From a virus (Duplodnaviria; Caudoviricetes), in the IMG/VR virus record IMGVR_UViG_2690315896_000002, positions 2,287 to 66,286 of that record: a stretch of 64,000 bases of DNA, one strand, 5' to 3'. Below, piece by piece: positions 15,669-25,131 of this stretch. The translations under genes and the position numbers were made by a program. Under the pieces are notes generated by a model. That model was not told the origin of the DNA and ran no database searches. It worked only from the letters and a program-made list of their open reading frames with translations. Numbering within the stretch: the first letter of the stretch is position 1; each line of letters starts with the position of its first letter.

Positions 15669-17549
15669 TTACACCTTTTCCCAGTTGGCCTCGATGTTGG
15701 GATTACCGCCCTTGTAGCGGAAGCCATTGCGAGCCTCGCCAATCTTCGGCAGCCCTGTGGGTTGGCCAGCAGGGGCGGGACTCTGCTCCACAAACTGGCC
15801 GGATTGGTTGTTGAGCACCCGGGCCGGCACGTTGCGCATGGCGCCGGCAGCGGCGTCCCACTCCTGGCCGCCTGACACCACCGTGAAGCGATTGGCCTGC
15901 TCGGTCTTGCCCGACAGGTCGCGGATTTGCTGGGCAATCGCGCTGCGTTCCTCGGGTGTCTTCGCGGCCTCGTAGCGCTGGTGCAAGCGCTCCTGGCGCT
16001 GGCCGGCGCGAATGTCAAAGCCACGCACCTGCTGCTCCAGGCCCAGGCGCCCTTGGTCGATGGAGTTGCGCGCCCCCGCCCGGTTCGTCTCGCCGGCCTC
16101 GCGCAGCGCGGCGCGCCCGTTGTCGCCCGCCTCGCGCATGGCGGTCAGATCCCGCTGCGTGCCGGTCTGCATCTCGGTCTGCTGGAGCGCCGTGGCATTG
16201 TTGGCCTTCGCCTGGGCGCCGCGCGCCTCCTGGTCCAGCAGGGAGAGCATGCCGTTGCGCTGGGCGGCGGTCAGGCCGCGCGCGCCAGCCACGGGCGTGG
16301 TCAGCGCAGACACCACTTCGCGGCGCTCGCGCCCAGCCGCGGGGTCCGTGCCGATCACGCCAGACCAGCCACGCTCGACCGGCGCGGCGGCGACGCGGCC
16401 GGCGCTGGCCTGCTGCGAGCGCTGGGCCAGCACATCAGCGGCTGCCATGGCGTCGGGGGTGGGCAGGCCACGCGGCGCAGCACCAGTGATGGCCGCCTGC
16501 TGGCTGTCGCCGTAGCTGTTGCCGGCCCGGAAGATGCCGGGCATCACCTCAGGGGCTGCAGGCGGCGCGGCGCTGGCGGGCGGGCCGTATTCGTGGGCGG
16601 CGGGCCGGCTGGCGCTGGGCGCCGCGGCGGCTGCCGGCGCGGTGGCGGGCGGCGGCACGGGCGCGGCAGGCGGCGCTGCAGCTGCTTGCGACCCAGCGGG
16701 GGGCGACACCAGCGGCGGATTCACGAAGCCGCGGCCAGCGCCAGCCCCACCCGCATCGTGCGCAGCCAGTGCGGCCGCTCCAGTGCTGGCCGGTAGCGCG
16801 GCGGCAGCCAGCGGCCGATTGGCAGCGCGGTTCATCCGCATCGTGGCGGCTTCGCGCGCCTCTGCCGCCATCTGGGCGCCGGCCGAGTCGTAGCGCTCAT
16901 TCGCCTGGGCGCGCTGAATCTGGCCCTCCAGCGCCTGGCGCTGCACCACATCGCGTTGGAACTGCGGCGCTGGCAGGCCTTGCAGCTGCGCGGTCAGCTC
17001 GTCCGAGCGCTTGCCCGGTGTCGCTGGCACGGCAGGAGCTGGAGCTGCAGCTGCAGCTGTCGGTGCTGGGGCCGCTGCAGGCGCGGGCGGCGCGCTGGTG
17101 GAGCCGCTGTTGCCGGGCAGCCGGTTGCCCGGGAAGATGTTCGTAGGGGACGGGTAGCTGGGCTTGTCCTTGTCCACCTCGCCGCCTTCAGCGAAGAACA
17201 TGGGCGGCTCGCCCGGAGCCTGGGCCGGCGCTGGCAGGCCACGCCCGGCGGCGGGCGTGTGGGTGGCCGCCTTCATCTGGTCCAGCGCCTGCACGCCAAT
17301 GGCATGCACCTGCTCGGGCGGCATCTTGAACTCGCCATTGCTCAAGTTCACGTCCACCGGATCGCCCTTGCCCATGGCGGCCAGGGCCTGCTCGCCGATT
17401 GCCTGGGTGCTGTCGGACGGCATGATGTACGTACCGTCCTGCACCTGCTGCTTCACCTGGTCGGAAGTTCCGGTACCGGGGCCGCGCACGGGGCCGGCCG
17501 ACTTCTTTGCCGGGACCTTCTTGTCCGCAGCTGGTTGAAAGCCTCGCAT
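15669..17549 (-). CDS. Putative ejected/internal virion protein (626 aa)
   Basis: GPGTGTSD...LSNGEF motif, Ala/Pro-rich linker, coiled coil, C-terminal GFRYKGGNP...WEKV; strong SD AAGGAGG. Confidence 0.7.
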   Translation of the reverse strand: MRGFQPAADKKVPAKKSAGPVRGPGTGTSDQVKQQVQDGTYIMPSDSTQAIGEQALAAMGKGDPVDVNLSNGEFKMPPEQVHAIGVQALDQMKAATHTPAAGRGLPAPAQAPGEPPMFFAEGGEVDKDKPSYPSPTNIFPGNRLPGNSGSTSAPPAPAAAPAPTAAAAAPAPAVPATPGKRSDELTAQLQGLPAPQFQRDVVQRQALEGQIQRAQANERYDSAGAQMAAEAREAATMRMNRAANRPLAAAALPASTGAAALAAHDAGGAGAGRGFVNPPLVSPPAGSQAAAAPPAAPVPPPATAPAAAAAPSASRPAAHEYGPPASAAPPAAPEVMPGIFRAGNSYGDSQQAAITGAAPRGLPTPDAMAAADVLAQRSQQASAGRVAAAPVERGWSGVIGTDPAAGRERREVVSALTTPVAGARGLTAAQRNGMLSLLDQEARGAQAKANNATALQQTEMQTGTQRDLTAMREAGDNGRAALREAGETNRAGARNSIDQGRLGLEQQVRGFDIRAGQRQERLHQRYEAAKTPEERSAIAQQIRDLSGKTEQANRFTVVSGGQEWDAAAGAMRNVPARVLNNQSGQFVEQSPAPAGQPTGLPKIGEARNGFRYKGGNPNIEANWEKV

Positions 17550-17578
17550 GGAGCCTCCTTCTGTTCACGTTGAGGGGC

Positions 17579-17616
17579 ATTTTTCTGGCGCACCCTCACT
17601 TCGCAAAGCCCTATGC
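17579..17616 (-). promoter_or_regulatory. Late promoter motif copy 3
   Basis: GCATAGGGCT-N22-AAAAAT. Confidence 0.75.
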
Positions 17617-17620
17617 AGGC

Positions 17621-19513
17621 TCAGTAGTTGTAGTTGTGGTTCGTGCTTGTGCTCTCGCTCTGGCTGCGGCTGTAGCTATCGCTCTGGCTCCCCGATCCGC
17701 TGACGTTGGCCGAGACGTGCATGGCGCTCATGGCGCCGGCCGCCAACTGCGCCGCGTATTGGCCCATGGCCTTCGCCGCTTCGAGGGCGATCTGGGCCTG
17801 CTGGTGTGCCTTGTTGATGTTGGCGTTGTACTGCCCCATCTGCATCTCCGAATAGGCAATCGCCATGCGGGTGTTCATGTCCGCAAAGCGCGACTGCATT
17901 TCGGTTTCGCTGATGCTGGCCTGGGATGCCGCCCTCCAGCCGTCCACCTGGGCCTGGAACACCTGTGTGCCGTACTGCACGCGGTTCAACCCGGCCTGCA
18001 GCTTGGCCTTGAACGAGTCGGTGTCCGCCTGGTACTTCTGGATGTGGACCCGCGCTGCCTCCATGCGGAGCTGCGCGCCCTTGACCTTGATGTCCGCCTT
18101 GCTGGCCAGGCCCTGGATGGTCGATGCGTAGGCGCGAGCGTTGGCCTCGAAAACGCCGGCCTTGCCCAGCTCGCCCTTCACCTGGGAGTCGTAGGCGTCG
18201 AACTTGGCTTTCTCCGCCCCCACCTGCTCCGCATAGGCCTGCACGTCTGCGCGGTAGGCATCGAACTGGTTCTTGATGACATCGGCCCGGACCTGGGCGC
18301 CGCGCATCAGGCTGGAGAACACTTCCACCGAGGCCTGCACGGCGCCGATCTTGGCCTTGAACACCTCGACGCGCTGCTGGTTGATCTGGCCCAGGGCCAC
18401 CTGGCCGTCGATGGCGGTCTTGTAGGCCTGCAGCTTCGCCAGCGCACCATCCAGCCGCGTGCGGTACACCTGCGCCAGCGTCTGGAAAGCCGCGTTCTGC
18501 GCATTGAACAGGCCGATCTGTGCATTGAACACGCTGATTTGCGCCTCGGCCTGGAAGCGGGCCACCTCGAACAGGCGCTTGCAGGCGTTGTCGTAGATGC
18601 TCGCGGTCAGCTGCTCCAGGGCAATGCCTTGGGTCACGGCAAAGCGGATGCTCTCGATCTCCCACTTCGCGGCCTCCACCAGGATGTCCCGGTTCAACTC
18701 GGCCGCGCGCATGCGGCCCTGCTCGCGCGCCACGCTGGCCTGCTTGGCCAGCATGCCGGGCGGCATTGTGAAGTTGCGCGCGGCCCATGTGTCCACGGCC
18801 TCCTGCACCGCGCGCTGCGTCTCTGCGCTGTCGCGCTCGCGTGCCCGACCGAACAGCGCATCTTCCACGGGCGCCGGCAGGCCGGTGCCGCCCGCGATCA
18901 TCGAGCGCACCTTGGCCTCCAGCTCGGGCAGCAGCTCCGAGTCGTACACGGGCTCGGTCCAGTTGATGAACACATTGGGCGCCGTGAAGTTCACCGATGG
19001 AGCCTGGCCGTCGAAGTCGGGCAGCTGCGGGAACTCAAACGCCGGCAGCGTGATGCGCTCCAGCGCCTCCATTTCGGGGATGGTCACGCTTGGCGCGGCC
19101 GGGATTTCCACCGTGGTATCGATGGCCGGGCGGGCAGGCACAGGGATCGCGGCCATGCCTGGCGCGGCAGGCAGGTTCAGCGCCGGCATCTGCGGGGCGG
19201 GCGGCAGAGCGTCCATGTCGCCCACGTCCAGCTTGGACAACAGCGAGTCGATACTGGGGGCCAGCGGATCTGCCGGCGTCTGCAACGCCTCGGGCGTGAA
19301 CGTTGGCTGCTGGCCGACCTTGATGGACGGGACAGGCGTTGCAGGCGGCGGCAGGATCGACGGCTGGGCCACGTCGCCCATGCGGATGTTGGCCATCGAG
19401 GCCAGAGAAGCCTGCAGCATGCTGCTGTACTGCTGCGCCGTACTCTGGAGGGCGCCCATGCGCTCGGTGACAACGTTCACCGCTGTCTGCATTGCGTAGA
19501 CTGGTTCAGTCAT
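17621..19513 (-). CDS. Virion protein, Ala/Gln-rich helical (probable ejection protein)
   Basis: 630-aa ORF coupled to its upstream neighbour. Confidence 0.7.
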   Translation of the reverse strand: MTEPVYAMQTAVNVVTERMGALQSTAQQYSSMLQASLASMANIRMGDVAQPSILPPPATPVPSIKVGQQPTFTPEALQTPADPLAPSIDSLLSKLDVGDMDALPPAPQMPALNLPAAPGMAAIPVPARPAIDTTVEIPAAPSVTIPEMEALERITLPAFEFPQLPDFDGQAPSVNFTAPNVFINWTEPVYDSELLPELEAKVRSMIAGGTGLPAPVEDALFGRARERDSAETQRAVQEAVDTWAARNFTMPPGMLAKQASVAREQGRMRAAELNRDILVEAAKWEIESIRFAVTQGIALEQLTASIYDNACKRLFEVARFQAEAQISVFNAQIGLFNAQNAAFQTLAQVYRTRLDGALAKLQAYKTAIDGQVALGQINQQRVEVFKAKIGAVQASVEVFSSLMRGAQVRADVIKNQFDAYRADVQAYAEQVGAEKAKFDAYDSQVKGELGKAGVFEANARAYASTIQGLASKADIKVKGAQLRMEAARVHIQKYQADTDSFKAKLQAGLNRVQYGTQVFQAQVDGWRAASQASISETEMQSRFADMNTRMAIAYSEMQMGQYNANINKAHQQAQIALEAAKAMGQYAAQLAAGAMSAMHVSANVSGSGSQSDSYSRSQSESTSTNHNYNY

Positions 19514-20676
19514 CAGATGCTCCTTGTGCTGGCGGTGGCGATCACCGTCCAGTCGTTGATGTAGGCCTGCTGGCCGGTCAGACGCAGCGTGTAGGCGAAG
19601 TGGCGGCCCTGCAGGCCGCGCCCGAACTCGAAGCGCGCGTTGGTCAGCGCATCGGCCACCGGCCGGGCCTTGAGCGGGTAGGTGAAGGTCTTGGGCGTAC
19701 CAGTTTGCGTCTGCGTCACCCCCAGCGTTGCGGTACCGCGTAACTCGTACTCAATGTGCGACTCCACGGGCAGCGCCAGCTGCTTGCCCGTCATGTCGAT
19801 CAGGCCCGTGCGCACCTCGGCCACCATGGTTTCGTCGGCGCCGTCCAGCGCATAGACGCCATCGGGCGCGGTCGCATACAGCGAGCCGTCGATCACGGCC
19901 AGCCCTGTGAACCCGAACGGCGCCCAGCGGCTCATTGCCCAGTTGCGCGCGTCGGCGGTCCAGGCCTGGCCCTGCAGCGCGCCCTGGCTCACCAGCTCGT
20001 CCCAGCCAACGGCCGGCGCGTCCATCACCAGGTCGCGGCCCTGCAGGCGGCCGAAGGCCTCGCCGCTGGCGCTTGCCTTTTCGATGAGCAGCACGGAACG
20101 CGCCTGCGTGTGCTCGATCACCGCATCCGAGACTGCCGCGTGCTCGGATACCAGCGCCAGCACACGGGCGTGGCCGAGAGCCAGGTCCGTGCCGCGTGCC
20201 TGCTCGGTCACTCGCGTGGTCTGCAAGGCGATCAGCGCGTCTCTGGCGCGGGCTTTCTCCTGCACCAGTTGGCGGGCCTGGCGCTGGTCCACCAGCATGT
20301 CGCTGGCACTGGCACTTTCCACCAGCAGCGTGCGCATGGCGCCGGCCAGCTCATCGGCGCCGTGCGCGTGCTCGTCCAGCACCAAGCGCAGGCCACTCAC
20401 CAGCACATCCGCCCCACGAGCATGCTCCTGCACCAGGCCGGCAGCCTTCACGCTCTGCAGGTACTGCTCGCTGGCGTGCGCGGTTTCGGCCAGCATGCCG
20501 GTCACACGGTCCACATACTGCTCAGAAGCCACGGCGGTTTCCACCACCATGGTCATCAATCCATACAGCAGCATGTCCCGGGCGCGGGCCGTGCTCTCGG
20601 CCACGGTCTTGATCCGCACCCAGGTACTGTCGCGCGCCACCGCCGTGTCGTTCATGTCGTCGCGGTACTTACTCAT
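19513..20676 (-). CDS. Virion structural protein (387 aa)
   Basis: Repetitive E-x-A-x-A-x-D N-terminal half, beta-rich C-terminus. Confidence 0.65.
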   Translation of the reverse strand: MSKYRDDMNDTAVARDSTWVRIKTVAESTARARDMLLYGLMTMVVETAVASEQYVDRVTGMLAETAHASEQYLQSVKAAGLVQEHARGADVLVSGLRLVLDEHAHGADELAGAMRTLLVESASASDMLVDQRQARQLVQEKARARDALIALQTTRVTEQARGTDLALGHARVLALVSEHAAVSDAVIEHTQARSVLLIEKASASGEAFGRLQGRDLVMDAPAVGWDELVSQGALQGQAWTADARNWAMSRWAPFGFTGLAVIDGSLYATAPDGVYALDGADETMVAEVRTGLIDMTGKQLALPVESHIEYELRGTATLGVTQTQTGTPKTFTYPLKARPVADALTNARFEFGRGLQGRHFAYTLRLTGQQAYINDWTVIATASTRSI

Positions 20677-23287
20677 TGATTACCCCCAGGAAGTGATGCG
20701 CACTCTGGTGGTCAGCCAGGCGCGTGTAGCCCGTGCGCCAGCGCTGCTTCGGCGCCTCGGCATCCGCTTCGTCGCAGTTCGCGTAGGCGGCCTCACCAGC
20801 CGCGTTGTGGATGGCATCCACGTAGAAGACATTCCCGGCCTCGTCCGGGGACATGACGAAATACCCGGTGCGCGGGTCTTTGTTGACGCGGCGCGGTTGC
20901 TCAACGATGGAGATCAGCAGCTCGCCGTCATTGGTGGACTTGCTGCCTTCGGTGATGTTGTATGTCTTGATCTTGGGTGCGCCGCCGCCGCCGCTGTGCT
21001 GCCAGATATGGCGGTTCGGGTGCACCAACCAGGTGTAGTCTTGGGGCAGCGAGCCCATCCAATCGCCCTGGTCAGCGAAGTCGGAGCACCCTCCGGGGTT
21101 GTAGTTGTAGCCTCGCACCCATATAGGGTTTCCGTCCTTTGGGGAGGGGTTCACACCCTTGGCGGTATACATGTTCCCGTCGAAAGGTGTTCCCGACCAG
21201 GCCCACACAAAGTCATAGGTGTTCATGCGGTAGCTGTTGGGGTCGCGCACCGCGCCGAGGGACACCGATTCCGACTTGCTCCCCCCGGTCGTCGTCTCAC
21301 GCTTTGCGTGGAATACAGCGCTGCGCTCCAGGAAGGGCACGCAAACTGCCACGGTCATGCCATAGCCCCCGGTGGTGCTGGAATTGGTCTTGTGCTGGAA
21401 ATAGCGGTTTCGCCAAATTCCACCCGAGGTGGCGAAGATGTAGTCGAAGGCGAAGTGCGGTTGCGAGTCGTAGCCCAGGTCCGTGCCCACGATAGTGGTG
21501 ACGGTCGTCGTTTCAGCCGCCGCCTTGCGCTCATCAATGTCGGTCGTGTAAAAACGGCCCAACAGCGAACTGCTGCCGGTGGTCTGCGTGCTGGTCCATG
21601 ACCCGACGGTCATGCACTCCTCGAAGTTGTCTTCCACCTCTTGGACAAAGCCCCGGTCATCCAGGAAATACTTGACCACCTTGAGGTCATCGCCCACGTA
21701 GTAGCCGTACATGATCGTGTCGCAGCGCGGGGGTGTGCTGGGCGGCGGCGATCCCTCCAGCCGGCCGAAGTCGTGAGAGATGCAGCCATCCATCCAGGGC
21801 TCGGGAAACTTGATCTGAGGATGCGAGCGCGGCGATCCTCCGGCCCACACGATGCCGCTGCCCGATCGCACCAGGCTGGCCGATCCGCCCGAAAGTGGCG
21901 GGGCCTCCAGGTTGTCCCAATAATCGATCTCGCCCGGTACCGGACTGTTGGAGCCCATGGCGCCGCGCGCGCGGGCCAGCACCGCGCTGGCACCCACCCG
22001 GCGCAGCTTGTACTTGATCGCCAGGTGCTCGGGCCTGTTGCTCAGTTGCCGGTACAGGGCGGACAGGTAGGCATTGAGCGCGCGCGCGTCCTCAGGATCA
22101 TCCACATGGAAGTCCGTGGGCAGCTTTCCACCATCAGGAAGCGCGCCCATGCTCAGGCGCAGCTTGTAGGCATGGCCGCGCTGCAAGCCATCGTCCCCGA
22201 ACTCGTAGCAGGTGTTGAAGGCCTCGCTACCCCGCTTGTTGAAGGCCCAGCCGCAGGCGCTGGAGTAGGCCAGGCAGTCGTAGAACTCGCGCAGCTCGCC
22301 CAGCTTCACGATGGCGCCCGCGCGCCGCCAGGCCTCGAAGGCCTTCGGCCCCCTGGGGAAGCTCTCGCCCGATGGCATGCCGCCGAAGCGCTCCAGCAAC
22401 CATTGCAGCTCGGCGTCCCCCACTTCCTCGACATACTCGCGAAATGCTGGCGTCGTCGTGGCCGGCACCAACGGCAGCGGCATCGCATAAGCGCCCTGGG
22501 TATTGAGCTGCACCAGCCACGGCTTGCCGTCGCCGCCGATGCAGACCCCATGCGTCTCCTGAAACTTGTAGTCGTACTGGATCTGGCCCTTCTCGGGCGG
22601 AGAGCCCGTGTAGCAGGGCAGCATCACGTTGCCCAGTTGAAGGCGAACGCGGTCGGCCACCTTCGCGGGCAGCACCATTTCAATGCGCTCCATGGCGCCC
22701 TTGGGCAGGGCCTCCAAGTCCTGCCTGCCGTAGCCGCCGACCACCTGCACGACCGTGGCCATGCTGCCCGAGAACCAGGAGGGGCGCAGTGCCGCGTACT
22801 GGGTGAAAAGCGCCGATGTCTCCCCCTTGGGCTTCAGCTCCGCATGCCACTCGGCGTACTCGATGGCAAAGCGCTGCAGGCGCTGGCGCTGCGAGACTGG
22901 CGCCTGCCCGTTGGACCCCGGCTTGTATTGCGCCAGCCGGCGCTGGGCCATGCTGGTCAGGTCCATCACCAGCCCAGCCCCGGCCTGCAAGACGGCTTGC
23001 CGCACCACACCCGAGAACAACATGGGGATGCGCATGCCAGCGCGACCGTCGAACTCCGGGGCCTGGGGCTCCGATTGGACCGGGTTCTGCACGATCACGC
23101 GCAGCACCCCGCCCATGTCCGTGGCGATGGCCACGCCACCGCCAGGCAGCGCCCGCACCAACTTCAAGCCGTCCAGTTTCCCGGTGCTCTTGATGTTCGT
23201 GAGGCGGCGCACCAGCGATTCGACAGCGGCGGCATCTTCCTCGCTGCGAATGTCGCCGTGCAGGCCGTAGGGGCGCGGCTGGTGCAT
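20669..23287 (-). CDS. Virion structural protein (872 aa)
   Basis: Long ORF in late operon. Confidence 0.65.
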   Translation of the reverse strand: MHQPRPYGLHGDIRSEEDAAAVESLVRRLTNIKSTGKLDGLKLVRALPGGGVAIATDMGGVLRVIVQNPVQSEPQAPEFDGRAGMRIPMLFSGVVRQAVLQAGAGLVMDLTSMAQRRLAQYKPGSNGQAPVSQRQRLQRFAIEYAEWHAELKPKGETSALFTQYAALRPSWFSGSMATVVQVVGGYGRQDLEALPKGAMERIEMVLPAKVADRVRLQLGNVMLPCYTGSPPEKGQIQYDYKFQETHGVCIGGDGKPWLVQLNTQGAYAMPLPLVPATTTPAFREYVEEVGDAELQWLLERFGGMPSGESFPRGPKAFEAWRRAGAIVKLGELREFYDCLAYSSACGWAFNKRGSEAFNTCYEFGDDGLQRGHAYKLRLSMGALPDGGKLPTDFHVDDPEDARALNAYLSALYRQLSNRPEHLAIKYKLRRVGASAVLARARGAMGSNSPVPGEIDYWDNLEAPPLSGGSASLVRSGSGIVWAGGSPRSHPQIKFPEPWMDGCISHDFGRLEGSPPPSTPPRCDTIMYGYYVGDDLKVVKYFLDDRGFVQEVEDNFEECMTVGSWTSTQTTGSSSLLGRFYTTDIDERKAAAETTTVTTIVGTDLGYDSQPHFAFDYIFATSGGIWRNRYFQHKTNSSTTGGYGMTVAVCVPFLERSAVFHAKRETTTGGSKSESVSLGAVRDPNSYRMNTYDFVWAWSGTPFDGNMYTAKGVNPSPKDGNPIWVRGYNYNPGGCSDFADQGDWMGSLPQDYTWLVHPNRHIWQHSGGGGAPKIKTYNITEGSKSTNDGELLISIVEQPRRVNKDPRTGYFVMSPDEAGNVFYVDAIHNAAGEAAYANCDEADAEAPKQRWRTGYTRLADHQSAHHFLGVINE

Positions 23288-23291
23288 GCGC

Positions 23292-23879
23292 TCAGGTCGT
23301 CAGATTGATGCGGTAGCCCAGCTCGTACACGTCGCCGTTCTGAAACGTGCGCGCGGCCGCATACAACGAGGCCGACACCAGCGCGCCCGTGGTGCCGCCG
23401 CGCTGGTTGCTGGTCAGCAGAGCTGCGCCGGTCACGTTCAGCGTGCCGGCCGTGGCGATGGTCAGCGAGGCCACCGTGGCCATGTTGTCGATGCTGCCCG
23501 TGTTCGTGTTGGCCGCAGTCCAGGCCGGGCGCGTGGCACCCGTGTGGCCTTCGGTCATGCTCACGATTTCGCTGGCCACGGCCGCGAACGATGCTGCGGT
23601 CCAGTTGGGTGCGGGCGCAGTGTTGCCCGAGAAGATGGCAAGGTAGTAGCCGGCCGGCTTGGGCGTGCTGCCGAACGCCACGTTCAGCATGTGCGCGAAG
23701 CCTTCGGTCACGATCAGGTTGTCGCCCTCCTTGGCCCAGGCACCGCCGTTGACGCGGCCGAAGTATTCGCCGGCGGCCATGGCGCCAAGGCGGGGCAGGT
23801 ACAGGCCCTGTGGGGTGATGTCAAAGCGCTGGGCGCCGATTTCGCGCTCGGCTTCGCGGCGCAGGTGGGTCTTGGGCAT
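23292..23879 (-). CDS. Virion structural protein (195 aa)
   Basis: SD AAGGAG; NLIVTEG motif, beta-rich. Confidence 0.7.
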   Translation of the reverse strand: MPKTHLRREAEREIGAQRFDITPQGLYLPRLGAMAAGEYFGRVNGGAWAKEGDNLIVTEGFAHMLNVAFGSTPKPAGYYLAIFSGNTAPAPNWTAASFAAVASEIVSMTEGHTGATRPAWTAANTNTGSIDNMATVASLTIATAGTLNVTGAALLTSNQRGGTTGALVSASLYAAARTFQNGDVYELGYRINLTT

Positions 23880-23905
23880 GGGTGCTCCTTGGTGGTTGGA
23901 CCAAG

Positions 23906-23921
23906 GCGCACTCATGCGCGC
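23906..23921 (-). repeat. 16-nt hairpin leader repeat GCGCGCATGAGTGCGC (copy 1)
   Basis: Identical to 32239-32254. Confidence 0.75.
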
Positions 23922-23934
23922 CGAAACGAAGGCC

Positions 23935-25131
23935 TCAGATTACGGCCGTTGTCAGGCGGTTCGCAAACACTATGCTGGTCCCCTTTGCACCGGCAATCCC
24001 GGTCAGGCGCTTGCCCTGGGGTTCCACGACAGAGCCATCTGCCGTGCCCATGACATAGCCGTTGCTGGCCAGCCAGGCCACCACGGCAGATCCCCCGCCC
24101 GAGGCCTCGCCGGCCGTCTCCGCGTCCAGAGCCACCGCGCTGCCCGGTACCGGAGCCTTGCTGGTCTTGCGCACCAGCTGCAAGTCGGCTGGCGCCGCGC
24201 CCGCCAGGAACGCCACATGGTCCACTTGGCCGACCCACAGCCCGCCGTCCACAGGCTGCAGGAAGGTGATGCGCTGGGGCATCTGCACGAACCCATGGCG
24301 CGGGTCGTGGACGTGGTAGGCCAGGGCTTCCGAGAAGCGCAGCACATTGGCCCGCGCGCTCACCAGCCGGCCGCGCCAGTAGCCGAAGTGCGGCCCCGTG
24401 GGCATGGGCTCCATGTGTCGGAACTGCGCCCCCGCGCCCAGGGACGGCAGCAGTGCGATCGACACCTGCGCGAGTCCGATCGAATAGTCCTCTCCGCGCA
24501 GCAGCTCGCCGCCATCGGGCCGCGTCAGGTACAGCCGAGCGCCGGTCACGGTTGCGTCCATGCACAGCGGCAGGATCACATCGAGCGCCCCGCCCGGCCC
24601 GACCTTGCACTGGGTCATAGGCGACAGCGGCGATTCCATGGCTCCGCGCAGCCAGGCCACGGCCACGCCATAGGCCCCAGCCGCGAGCGAACCCGCGCCG
24701 GCAGTCACCATGGGCGCGGGCGGCGTATCCAGGGCGAATCGCTGCGCCGCCTGGCCGTCGAACTGGAAGATGCCGGCCGTGCCCGCCACCAGCACCAGGT
24801 TGTTCAGCACCAGGTGCTGGGCTGGGCCCGGACCAATCTCGGCCAGAGGTGCTGAGTCCCAGCTCGACGTGTCCACCTTCACCCACTGCCCGGCCTGCAC
24901 CGCGAACACATCGCCATGCAGCGGGCTCTGCCAAAGGCTGTCCAGCGCCAGCCCGGACACCTTGCGCAGGCCAGGCCGCATGCTCGCGCGGCCGGTGTGG
25001 CTGATGGTCACGTTGACGGCCTCGCGCACATACACGCGCCGCTCAGCGCCTCCGACTTGTAGGGCATCGTCCCGGGCCGATGTGTTGTCGATGCCGGCCA
25101 GGGGATACAGGGGGAATGGTTTGACGTTCAT
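23935..25131 (-). CDS. Virion structural protein (398 aa, probable tail/nozzle component)
   Basis: Beta-rich ORF in late operon. Confidence 0.65.
   Translation of the reverse strand: MNVKPFPLYPLAGIDNTSARDDALQVGGAERRVYVREAVNVTISHTGRASMRPGLRKVSGLALDSLWQSPLHGDVFAVQAGQWVKVDTSSWDSAPLAEIGPGPAQHLVLNNLVLVAGTAGIFQFDGQAAQRFALDTPPAPMVTAGAGSLAAGAYGVAVAWLRGAMESPLSPMTQCKVGPGGALDVILPLCMDATVTGARLYLTRPDGGELLRGEDYSIGLAQVSIALLPSLGAGAQFRHMEPMPTGPHFGYWRGRLVSARANVLRFSEALAYHVHDPRHGFVQMPQRITFLQPVDGGLWVGQVDHVAFLAGAAPADLQLVRKTSKAPVPGSAVALDAETAGEASGGGSAVVAWLASNGYVMGTADGSVVEPQGKRLTGIAGAKGTSIVFANRLTTAVI

Noticed and set aside
21121-21160. ATATAGGGTT on + strand resembling the late box
   Set aside because: Wrong strand, inside a CDS, and no xAxxxT hexamer at 22 nt.
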